Source: Balanoglossus misakiensis (taxonomy: Eukaryota; Animalia; Hemichordata). Taken from it: 64,000 nucleotides of DNA. The stretch is from contig CM082579.2 in NCBI GenBank assembly GCA_040954595.2, positions 1,050,922 through 1,114,921 of the forward strand, written 5' to 3'. Below the pieces are notes generated by a model. That model had not been told where the DNA came from. It saw only the letters and a list, made by a program, of their open reading frames with translations, and searched no databases. The position numbers were made by a program, and so were the translations under genes. Positions 13,867 to 26,800 of the stretch are shown in pieces. Within the stretch, counting starts at the first letter, position 1; each line of letters begins with the position of its first letter.

Positions 13867-16201
13867 CTATATCTATAACATATAGACCTTGAAAGTCTGA
13901 TTACATGAAGCGCGTTCTCTGAAACACAGGTCAGACAGACCTGGATTTGCAGTGAGGAATTCGTTGTCTCTGTCTCCGTCTGTCTGTCTGTCTATATAGT
14001 TGCCTAACATCTTATATATTGGAGTTAACATACATAGCTTTTGGAAATAAAGCGGTCCCAGAAACGCCCGCAAAATGTGTTTGTTTCAGTGTAAAATCAA
14101 ACATCGATGCAAATGACAAATTTCTGCACAAGTATAATGTCTGTCTGCCCCCCCCCCCCCTCTCTCTCTCCCTCTCTGCGACTCATTATCCCGAGAGGCA
14201 AATCCCGCATGTGCGCGTACTTTATCTTCCCGCGTAATACCACTGTCTGTTGTAGGGAGTAAATTCCGAAGTCTTACATTTACATTCCATGGGGCTCGGT
14301 ATCGAATGGCCAGCATATCTGCGCTCGTATCGTTGGGCCATGGTGAATTAAGTACAGGCTGCCGGCTGACCTTGCATTTGGAGACCGAAAATAGGTCGAA
14401 TAGATTACGATATTATATGATGGAGACATGTCATAGGGATGATGGAGAGGGCTCCATTAACACCAGTGAAATGACCGTCTTTCATCGCTCTACTTGGTGA
14501 AGTTAGTTTCAAATCAACGCTTTCCTCTCGGATTATGCAAACCGATCCAGCGTTGAATAGAAAATGCCAAATGGTATTAAATTTGTTTATCCCATCATTT
14601 TAATTACTAGTAGTAATTCACCACTGGATCAGTTTGTATATATTTGTCCCGCACGTGCGCAAAACCTTTTCTCAGATTTTGGCCATGTTGCCTCCCATAA
14701 CACGATCCTTTCAGAACCACTGAACTGGGAGAATGTTCTTCTATGATTGAATGCAATAGTTTCCCTCAGTGACGTATCGCGGTTCAGCGATAACAGTGAG
14801 TTGAAAACAGACTTATATGAAGTTAGTCACCGCAGTAATAAGAGAACCCACACCCCCAAACAAAAATATTTACCGTTTATTTTGCAGAGTTTTGAAACAA
14901 TAAAATGTCTCTTAAATTACCAATCTTATATTTTCATTTCACTCATTCCAAAATCGTTGGCGTTCTTCCCGTCCTCAATAATGTAGATGTTATTTAAAAC
15001 GTAATCATATTTAAAACCAGCAGTATCGAGGGATGATTTGTCAAGTGTTGGTATTGGATCTCGAGGAAGCAAACCGATTCACAAAACTTAAAATAAACTA
15101 TATCGAAGGTTTATAATGAGAAGTGAGAAGTATCCTGCAAGCACTCCTGCTTTTGCAGACGCCCAGACACTTCGTTTGTACTACATGTATTTATATTTCA
15201 AACTGCAAGCTAATCTTCGCATAGTATGTGAGATTTGATCAACGTTGTAACAGTTAATTGGACCTATGACGTAGGATAGTACGCGGCCAGAGATATACCG
15301 TGCGTTGCTTAGAGAGACGTTCCAAGTCGAGGCGATATCGCAGGCCAGCGAGCGCTCAGGGACGTGTCCTCCTCTCCGACACTTCGACGAAACGACGGAG
15401 TCGAAGTTGGCCTGAATAAGGAAACTAAATCCACTGGTCGGTTTCGGAATGAGTAATGGTGTCTGCAGACAGCGTTAGAGCTTAGGTTTCGTCCAAGTCT
15501 TGGACGGTTGCAATAAAACATGGTACAAAAGTATGTCAACAGTTCAAACAAGATAGTTTTAAAAATTTGAAGGGAAAAGTCATATTACTTACTTTCCTCC
15601 CAAGCGTTTTTCAAAAAGCCCATTTACAGTCCTAATAATGGGGAATAGAGTCCAAAGAAGCAGATATTGGGATTGTCGAAGTGAAAACACGCGTGTTACA
15701 GATCCAGCCAGACTGGATCTCTAACTCTAGACGCTGGAAACTCTCATCTGAGTAGCAACGCTGGTATCACTTCTCGACTCTTCCATCGTCAGACAGCAGC
15801 TACAGTTTTGTCACGAAAGAGTGACTACGGGGTAAGATCACGATGCTTTTCTCATTGGCGTCTGCGTCGTGTTCTGGAGAGACTGGGGATGAAAACGCGA
15901 AGATAGTCGCTGAACTTGTAGTCAGCCGTGTGTGAAACAACGTCACCGTTCCGCCATATTTGTCAGTAGAGTTAGTGAAGCCTAGGGACGATTTGTTTCA
16001 GCAATACGTCACGCATTCGAGACATATAAGGCAGGAACTACGTAGAAGCAGGGTACATGGTGACGAGGCCAACCATTGGCTTTCACTTGTACATACTTAC
16101 ACTTGATTGAAGTAAAGTAAAAGAAGTTGCAAAGTATATCTGTACGATTACAATAGAAGAAAAATAGATATGTAATGGAGGATGGAATGGATGGATGGAG
16201 C

Positions 16202-16364
<163 letters not shown>

Positions 16365-17842
16365 CTAGATTAGCTTCAAAAAGTTGAGAAATCGCCCGAA
16401 TAAACTAAGTTTGGTTGGCAAGGATGAGAGTTGAATAACTTTGTTTCATCACACCAGTAGTGAGTGGCGTGTAATCTAAAACGCCGGTCTCAACGTGCTT
16501 ATTGGCCAGCAGAAATTACCGCGGTATCGGGACAGCCAATACTAGGTACCGTGACCAATTTGTGACGGCGTTTTGCAACTTGATACGAGCGGCGTGTTTA
16601 TATTGAACATTTACGGTTAGCAAGAGTGCATCTTGGAGTCGAGTTCACTGAGTGACGGAGGTCTGCCAGCTGTTGCTGTCTGTCTTGCATGGGTGCTGAG
16701 CACTAGTAACCATCCTTGTTTAGATCGGAAACGGGGTTTGGGAAATGACCAAAATACTCTTATCGGATGGGAAGTGGAGCATCGACTCACTGAAAGACGA
16801 GACAGGGCTTTCCTTCTCATCTACACGCAAACATACCGCGCCAGTACGTGTAAGGGAGCGTTCAGTTATAATTGCCGGGGTGGGTCTAATGAATGCCAAC
16901 AGTGTTCACAAGGTCTTGACGCTTCGATGATTATGTTTCATATTTATTAGATACACATACACTGTATGATTCATCCAGTTTGGTGAAACAACTTCAGAAA
17001 TCCGCCACCACTTTCAAAATTTAAAACATGCCATGTGCTTTTATGGAAACTTTACAATCGCTTCTAAGTAAGATAGTAGACCTTTACTCCAAAACATCTC
17101 AATAAATGCTAGCTGAATCAGAGGATATCACAAAAATACTTCTGAACTTTATCTCTCCGACGTGGGTGGGCACACACACGTACGTATTTTCTGTCATCTT
17201 CACACGGCTTATTTACGCCGTTTACATTACTCGTCAGTGTCCTGAAGGACCATTAAAATATTGTGATCAAGAAAGAAGATACTTCGATAAAAGATGAAAC
17301 ACTCAACTTGTTCAAATACTAGTAGTTTCATATTCTCCAAACATTGTTTTTTGGAAAACTAACTATGTGTTGATAATTGTTACTCTGTCAGTTTAATTGG
17401 CCACTGGGTCACACTGCCTGTCAACAAATACTACGTTGGTATTGATTCTGCTTTTGGTAAGAATCACATTTCATGTCAACATGTTAACTATGCTGTTCAT
17501 AAGAACGCAAACTGTAGGTTGTAGACACAGTTTAAATGCTGTAGATGAGAGAGGGCAAAGGGGGAGACAGAACAGAGACAAAGAGAGAGGGGGGAGAGAG
17601 CACTTGGGCCACGTAGAGGAACAGTTTCTCTTCATATCTGATTGGACCAAGGTTTTCCTTCACACATCTGACGTTGGGGGCAGCTTGTCGAGATTTTTGC
17701 ACACTGTCGTCTACTGTAGTAGTTATCTGCTTATGTTTTTGTTTAACATACATTGATGTAAAACATACGTACAACAATATTTCTGATTTTAGGTAGTGCC
17801 CCGATTAGTAGAAAGCAGTTTCAGTCCAAGAGACTAAAGAAT

Positions 17843-20800
17843 TCAGGTCGTTGAGGAAGTGTCCGGTTGTAAAGATAGAAGCAGTCCATAGATTATGATA
17901 CTTCCTCGTTGTTTAGTGAACCACTCCAGTTCTTGGTTGCTGAACTTGGGATCAATCTGTGATGTGGCACCGACGGTTTCTGGGCCGACGTTGTAGCTGT
18001 CTGGTTTGATGCGGACTTGAAATGCTGCCCTGGCCGAATATTTTTGGTTGGTGACTTTGTCTTCGTATCTGAAAGAAAACAACATTCCTTCGCCATTACG
18101 ATAAATACACGATGAATAGATTGTCCGAGTTCGACGCTTTAAATAATGTCACTCTCTTGCTAAACTGAGTGAAGTCCGATCTAATGTGAATCATTGGAAT
18201 AACTTACGTTTTAGGGTATGCGTAAACATTCAATGAAGAATATCTGATACTTGGGGAAAGAAATATTTGTTGTGTATCAAACCCCTTGGGTTTGGCATCA
18301 TCTGTGAAATGTCCCTCACGTACACCGAGTCTCTTCCCATCCATTGTAACGTCTCCTGTTTGTGGAAAAGTATAGAAACAGACATGAAGCGAGTGAGTGA
18401 GTGAGTTAATTAGTGAGTTAGTGTGAAGAACAAACTGCATGGGACATGTTTGAAACGTTTTCAAAAGGAGACAGGTTTAGGTAAAGTACCTGGCATGAGT
18501 AGGTCACCACATTCCAGGATAGGTTTCACAGAATCCAACAACGTGCCATGAAAGGCAACGTGCCAATTCTGAAAGACGTTTAATGCAGAGGCTCTGCCAT
18601 GTACCCTGTATAATTAATGACATGAACATTCCATTAATATATCCAGGTTTGCATCTCATTAGGATCGCGTTCAGTTATTGGCTTAGATTATTGAACATTT
18701 TAAATTGATTAATTGGTACCACAAGAGGTATGCGACAGGTACCCGGATTCTCCACCATGACTGTTTCCCAATTCGTCAGAGAGGCTCAATTACCCGATTG
18801 CAAATCTGCACCAGCCAATGGGTACACCGTAGAGTTTAGGCGGTTTTCCTCGGTGGTAATATAGTTCATCTCCTTTGGCTATGTGGCAGGAATTACAATA
18901 ACACAGGTCGTGAGTTCGATCAAAATGTCCACCTAAAATTACAAACAAGAAAAATGTTTTTATAATTTTCTGTAGAAAGTAATGAAAATGGACATGTGTT
19001 TAAATAATGCAAAATGTCACTTCACAGTTGGTCTTATTGCTCGCTATTTCTAAATCAGCCACTTACCTGTCAAATCGAGCGATTTCAGGAGTCTTTTACA
19101 CAATTCTTGGTAATTACAACACCCTTCTTTGACAGAATAGTGCGATACACTCTCCGAAACTGAAAGGTGAACATCAATTATAAGTTTGTGCATACGTACA
19201 TGGTACAGCAATCGCAAATTAAGAAATCCAGTTCTGGAATATCACGATTTATCCTTGATGTTTTGTGTTAAAGGTCAAATAATAAGTTGTGGTGCACTTG
19301 CCAATCGTCTCCTTTGTGCGGCCATTTTGTTTTTGTGGTTGTATGATGAACAATGCTCTCTCTGCTGCTTCTCTCACCGATGCCTTTTCGTGTTTAGTCA
19401 ATTTATTCAATGCCTGAACAGCATCCGATGTCTGGCTGATCTTTGTCGAGTTCACTTCCAGTTTGCAAAGAATTGTCAGCGTCTCTATTGCGCACTCTTG
19501 TTCCATTGGTCGGTCAGATAACATAAGCTAAGAACAGTACAAGAATTGTGCGTTGGAAAGTGTGGATTCGAGCATCGTTCATGAGGAATGACGTCATATC
19601 GGTCACCAATTTGTAGGTGCTCATAGAATCCAATTTTCCTGTAGCCACATTTCAAGACAGGGTCTCCATTGACTTTTTGTCTACACACTTTATGAAAATA
19701 CACAAACAACCCTGTGTGTCTTACCTTTACAAGTAACGGCGTAGCACCTTTGTCAATGATGCGGATTTTATTAATATTGTTCACTGCGATGTTTCCGAGA
19801 CCAGCAACCACTTCCAGTGCCGTGAAACCTTGATATCGCATCGAATTATCATCAATAGCACCCTCCAACGTTTCCAGGAGAAACGTGACCACTTTCTCAT
19901 CCGCTTCCACCAGATCTTGTTTGTCCTCTTTTATGATATTTGACAGAGTCAGTGTGGCGAGTGTTGAAATCTTGATGTCACTGATCTTCACGTAGGGCAG
20001 TATCCTCTCTGTGGCGTTGAGATTGTGGTAGATGTGATAATTGTCTGTGGCTTTGGAACAATTGTGTAAAACTGACAGAGCAGAAAGCACTAGTCCGTGA
20101 TGGTTCTGTAAAATAACGATTTCATTTGTTGTGAATAAAACGCAATAAATGTACAAAGTACAAGGAAGCAATATCATTAATATAGAAGAGGAAGTAACTC
20201 CACCACCCTAAAACAAAACGATCATTAAGACCATGTACCACTCCATTACATATTTCCTTGTGGACATGTTCAGTTTGTTACTATATACCACCCCTACCCC
20301 ACATGTGCGCATCATAAATCGGTTTCTGTTAACACTCAAGTTTGTGTCAATAATATGCACACTATCGTCTATACCTTGTCATCGGCGAATGTCGAATGGT
20401 ATTTATCAAGATCAGATAACATATCACACAGCAACCCGCACTGACCAAAACACTTGCACATCTTTACACTGTAGTCTGAATAATTCCAACAAGCCGAGCG
20501 CACAACATTCCTGGCGTTCCAGTCGTTTTCGCCAGGATCTGCAACGGCCATCAGTAGACCCAAGAGACGCCTCAGCTGATTGGCTGCACCCAGGTTGGCC
20601 AGGTGGTTACCGTATTTCTGACGGATACTCTGATCACGACATTCTGTCTTGGGTTTCAGAACGTACAGACGTACAAGTTCCGAGGCCTGGTATATGTCGA
20701 GTTCGTCAGTATTTTTCATGGATCTCATTAGCAGCCTCATCAGCTCCATAACATCACGGGGGTCTTTGTAATCGTCTTCACTTATCTCTCGCTGATGCAA

Positions 20801-22483
20801 ATCAAGAAGTGTTGGATTTTCAGCGACAAAGCCCGCCGCTGCAATGGTAGAAACGAGACCATAGTTTACACACAATTGATGAATTTCACAATTTAACATT
20901 TTACCAAGTACATTTTCCTTGTGGTATCAGTAACAGTTGTCAATACTGCTCTAAATGCAAAATGTCGGCACGAAAGTTTCCTCCATTTCTGTTCGGCGAA
21001 GAAGCTGCAGCAGCTCTTACCACAAATAGACACCTGGCTTGCTCCACTGTTAATATCTACAACAACGTGCAGTTTGTCTGTGTCTTGGATACCATGCTCT
21101 CTGAGATCCACTGTCTCTTCAACTTGGTTTCCATTGGTGTAGAAATGTAAAATGTTGTGTTCCGATAGCATGACGCCAATAGTGTCACCCTCCTTCGAAA
21201 TGGAGATCATGAACAAGATTATTGGATATCTGTTACCGAGGTGAAACATTTTCAGAAAATGATTTTCCTCTAAACCTTTTAATTAATTGCTGTGTAAGAA
21301 GCAAGGTATTCACCATCACTGCTTTAATGAGTTTTCTCCATTGTGTCAACACAGAGATTGACGGCCATTTTGAATTCAAAATGAGAAAAGATCCAAGACC
21401 ACCCGGTCAAAAACCGCCAGATTCCTTGGAGTTATGTTGGCCATTAGGCCTGACCAATCATCTTGACACACTCACGCACGTAAGGCTGACGTAAGACCTT
21501 ATTAAAATGGATATCTGAGGCTTACCGTGCAATTAAATTCATCTGTGAAGTTTAAAACTGTTTCATCACTTTCTCCGTGCCGTACACGCATCTCACTTCC
21601 AGACCACAGTAAAGTCACCCCTTCTTTGTAATCTAACATTGATGGCAGAGACTGTAGGTTGTCTGGTGGATTGTTGACTATGCCAAGTTCCAGTCCAGCC
21701 GAAGGCCAGTTGTCGACAGTAGCGTCGAGACGAACTTCAAAGCGTTGGTTTCGTTGTAAAGACTGTTCCGTCACAACAACGCCGTAGTTCATTAGATCTT
21801 TGGCGCTATCAGAAGAAAAGTAGGAAATGACATAAATGAAGAAAAGAAAATAACAGCAAGAAATTGAAACGTTTAATTTGTATATTTGATGAAGTTCCAT
21901 GGGCGTGATATTCTGGCTTTTGGACAAACTTCTCAGTGATGAGTTACAAGACTTACTGTTTTCTCCTTGCAGTCTTCCCTCCATTCATGATTTTTATATT
22001 TTTCCCGTGTCTAGAATCAAAGCTGTAGTACCACTCGCCGTCTAGAGGCGAAATGTCATCTGCATTGACGCAGTCACTGCAGGTGCATTTGTCGTCGACA
22101 TCGCTTTGGGTTTCTTGTTGCACGATTGTATTGACATCTTTAGGGACAACGGGAACGTCGCCATTTTCATGGGGTAGCGACGTTCTATGAGAGAAATCTT
22201 GGACTGGCTTTTCTGGAGAAAAAAAACAGACCACACAAACAAATTGTAGTTTTTGTGCTTCGTATACCGATACCGTCAAGAGCGTCATGTCGTATAGTTG
22301 TGAGTGCAATACTTGAACAAACACCGAGTTTAAACTAGCGAGTGATTTTGAAATTTGGTCTCAAGGAAGGTAGGAGACTACGCACACATTGAAACTATCC
22401 CTCCATAACTACATACCTATATCACTGGGTTTTGTCAGTCCTTTCTTTGACTTTGACTTTGACTTTGATTTGGCGTTTCCCAT
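17843..22483 (-). CDS. NHR (neuralized) + ARM-repeat + NEURL4-type ADP-ribosyltransferase-like protein, ~855 aa, predicted N-myristoylated
   Basis: Phase-consistent exons: 22483-22417, 22212-21957, 21805-21526, 21192-21021, 20838-20375, 20105-19725, 19527-19302, 19159-19067, 18932-18794, 18605-18490, 18355-18208, 18068-17843 (2568 nt). The N-terminus is MGNAKSKSKSKSKKG. NHR motifs: FDSRHGKNIKIMNGGKTARR, GVVVTEQSL, GLELGI, GDTIGV..LHFYTNG..VVVDI. ARM helices: ALSVLHNCSK, GLGNIAVNNINKIRI. NEURL4-like C-terminus: CYCNSCH..RGKPPKLYGVPIGWCRF, WHVAFHGT, IFLSPSIRYS, AFQVRIKPDSY, NQELEWFTK. Confidence 0.88.
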
Positions 22484-23875
22484 ACTTCTTTATTCAGGAT
22501 AGATCCCTTGAATTATGTTTATGGAACTGTGAAGATAATGATGTCAGTGCATTCATTCAGTGTGTCAGTGAGTCTGTGTGTTTTTCATTCTCATGGAGTG
22601 AATAAGCTTACGACACTTTTGGCTGTCCTTTTCGCGTGGGTTTATCTCGTGAACAGTCCCTGTCGTGTCTCGTGGAAGCGGTTGATAACTCGAATGTTCG
22701 GAGTGTAATATATTAATGTCTTTGATTGTACCTGTTTATAACAACAAAACTATGCCTTGACCTAACCAGGTCGATTGTTTAAAATGTCAACAAAGAGTCA
22801 AGGTGCTCGATTGATACAAAGATATGTGGTGATATACATATGGAATACAATGCTAAACAATGACTCCAGCTTTTGAGTATTAGAATAAGCAACCAACTGA
22901 GCTGGCGTGTGTATTTTTCGACATCTCTCTATTATTCCGAGGCTTTCATTACAAACTACAAGCATGAATGTCCGATGCCATGAAAAAAAAATATTTCGCA
23001 ACATTTTTGGGTTGTTTGAAGCGTCTGTACTTGATTTTATTTATGGGCTCTGAAGTATATGTTGTTTACACAGAGATAAGCAACCTACGGTTTAATATTT
23101 ACCCGGAAAGATTAGCCTGGCAGTCTGTCAGACAAAAGTGCACGTATTAAAGTCCATTTCCGGGTTTAGGCATGTTTTATTAAAACTGCAAGCATATTTT
23201 GATTGTTATTAATGTTTATTTCTAGAATTTCCGTGTTGTTTTAACATTCAGGCTTCAGACCTGTCGATAAACCAACAGAGCACCGCGCACAGATAAGTAT
23301 TTGAACGAAGTGCATTGCCCCCTTTATCTGCATATCCTTCCGAGTTCTCCACCATTTGTGATCAAATGTGTTATCGCGAGAATAGCGATGACTGTGTTAC
23401 TAACCTGATTTTCAGCTTCTACACAAATTCCACACTCACCGTTCACTCTATCAGAGAGAATTTCTCCTGTTCGGCGTCAGGATCTCGATCTCAACATAAA
23501 AGACCATAACTTGCGTCAACGTCGATCTGTACCAGCTAGAGTTATACTAGTCATACGCCCTCAATCACATGTCAGAATTTAGTTGTTTGCAATCAGTTTT
23601 AAATTGATCTCATGTGTATGGAATGTTGATCTTGTTGGCACCAACTACATATAGTATCACCATACTAGTAACCAAAACCAGACAGGTAGATAATTATTAT
23701 AGTCAGAGTTTATTTGATTCTTAGTTAGATTCATGATTTCTTCTTTGTTTTCAAAAAGACTCATCACACACGCTAATATATCGAAGAATTGAATTGTATT
23801 TGGCTGTTGTTAGTGACAACTGTGTATATGCATAATTTGCCTTTGTATATTTATTTGGCAAGGATTTCGCTGGTA

Positions 23876-26800
23876 CTAATATTTTGGACTCTGCGGCAAA
23901 TCTGTAACGCCACCAACGGATGCATAAGCGTTACATGCGACTGTAACTGCACCGGAAATGCAATACTGAACATGCGCAGAATAACAACAGTAGTCCGGAA
24001 ACGGAACATACCTGGAAAGAAACGAAATACATCAATTGTGTGAATATTGCATTAAGTTTCAATCTGTATACATAATCATTTCATAAAGTATTCACTCAAA
24101 CTTGACTTTGCTACTCACAAAGTTCGCAGTGCAGTCAAGTCTTTGAAGATATCAGCTGGGAGACTGCTGAGTGGATTATTGGACAAATCTCTGTAAATAG
24201 AAAAATAAGACAATACAACACAACTAGTCGGACAAATATCCTGAAAGTAGACATTTGAATAACATTAGCAAGAAACCCTTACTCACAAATCTGTTAAATG
24301 GATTAGGTTCCTAAATGTCTCCGGTCCAAGTGAAGATATGTTGTTGTCCGCCAGACTCCTTTGATTCAGAAGCAAAAGGGGAAAGAAAAAACATGTGTCA
24401 TCATTAGTACAGTCTCTAAAGCAGACGATGGTAAACCATGTCAATTAATAGCACGAGTATGTATTGAAACATTTAGGACATTTACTCACAGATCGATCAG
24501 GTCCGGAGTGTTCATGAAAGCATCGTCTGCCACAAAATCGATGTCGTTGTCGCTCAGCACCCTATATGGAAATGAAACGATGACGTTTGAGATGAATTAT
24601 TTGTCAGCTGATGTCGGAGGCAGTGGAATCCGCATCATATTCAAATACGTATTATTGTGTCATACATATGACATAAAAAATACGGGAGATCGCAATTACC
24701 ATATACTATAGTGTGACGGATGTAGGTACTTACAAAACTTTGATTTTGCAAAGCTCAGGAAAGTTGTTCCTGTCAAGTCGTCTGAGTCGATTACCTTCCA
24801 TATTGCTGAAGTATAAACAACAAAGAGTCATCAATCATTTTCTCATTTCAAAACTGTATATATTTCACATTGAAAAATAGTTACTCTTTTTGTATTCAGG
24901 GGCGCTACCAGACTCTCGTTCAATAGAAGAATAATATAGTCACGCTGGAAAATATGTCCAAGATTTCTAATGGAGAATAATAAGTTACTATTGAAACATT
25001 GTGTAAGCTAGTATACTTACAGCCATTCCAGCGACGGCAATTCCATGAATAGGTTAGGTTCCAGGCTTCCTATATCATTTCCTGATACATCTCTGTTATA
25101 GATGCAGACAGATGTGGTTATAATTTTAGACAACGACAGATAGACAGCGACAAAGAGAGAGAGAGAGAGAGAAGGGAGGGGGGATAATGATCTTTAGGTT
25201 CCACATACAGTTAATATATCATTGTGTGAATTTCTCGTTAATACAAGGAAAATCTTACTGGGACTTACAGATAATACAGTCTATCCATGCCACTGAACAT
25301 ACCAGGTGAAAAATCCTCCAGTTTGTTATTGCTGAGGATCCTGCAATTATACAGACATCATGAGATTTGACAAAATAATTGAACTTTGGTAAAATTAAGT
25401 AATTCAGTATGCAGCTGCACGCCAACGCTTCATCATACATTGAAAGTTTGCGCCCACGTAGTCGCCCACGGGTTACTCTGTTTCCATAGAAACCAATTAA
25501 TTGGGAAAAACTCTGAAGAAAACAACATGCTTAGTTGGCTGCAATTCAGGATCCATCTTTAATTTTTACAATTCGTTGCTTTGCTTTGTAAATGAATGAT
25601 GTGTCAGTAATTCCTGAAATCTGACAGATTTTCATTATACTAGTAAAATTGGATCGATACAGGAAAAGTTTCTTACAACCACGAGAGTTTGCGTAAACCT
25701 CGGAAAGCTCCTGGGTCCACGGATGTTATTTCATTTTCATTGAGATACCTGAGAGAGAGGGAGAGATACTCTTGTCAGTGAGCTCCAAATGTGAACTTCG
25801 ACCTCGTGGTCTCCATGGAAAAGAATATCATTTTGTTCTAGGGTAATAGATATTTTGACCTCCTGGACTTTATGAGACGTTTCGATCATCGGGATTAGAT
25901 AAAGGTCATTCTTTCAGGAATAAAAAAAGTGCAGTAAATAAACAGCCATCACAAACTCACTTACAGTTTATCCAGTTTTTCAAGTGAATCAAACACTCCG
26001 TATGGAATTTCCTTCAGATTATTACCTTTAAGATTCCTATAAAACAGAGAGATGTTATTCAAGTTGTGGAGTATATATTTCTGACTTTGAATCATCGTGT
26101 TGATGGCCAGGCTTGCTTTCACATAACAACTGCATGGATTATCTTAAAAATACTTACACGAGTTTTAGTTGATGAAGTCCCCTGAGTGAGTCTCGATTCA
26201 ACTCTTCGATGTTGTTACCTTGCAGATACCTGTAAAACGTCATAACAAGAACACACGAGTCGACAGTTAGCGTTTCAATCAGTTTCACTTTCCGTCTGTC
26301 TATCTGTTTTCATAGTGGATATCGAGTCAATGAAATCAGTACAGATGCAAATTGCTTACAGCATTAAACCTAACCAATAAATATGTTTGGATGATTAAGA
26401 AACTGAAAGACTGTATATGATTAACTCACAAGGCTGTTGCTTCACTGGGGATATTCTCTGGTACACTGGAAAAGTCTTGGTGTGGACATGAGAGTCTGGT
26501 CGACCTCTTACATACGCAACCATTCGGTACGGTTTCCAAGACTGAAAAATACAGTTTTGAACATTGCTAATATTGTTTTTTTTGTTAGCAAAGAAGTGTG
26601 TTTACAATTTAACGAGAAAAGGGTTCCCAACAAAACCATTTTTTGTCGTGAGTATGTTTGTGGCCAGCGAATTCACATACTTTTGAGTTATGTTCGACTT
26701 ACCGCACGTGTCCAGGGGTTGCAGTAGATTTCTCAAAGGTAGTATCAAATTAATTCCGGCAAGAAGTTTATCTGCAAGAAGGTCATGCCATCCTCCACCT

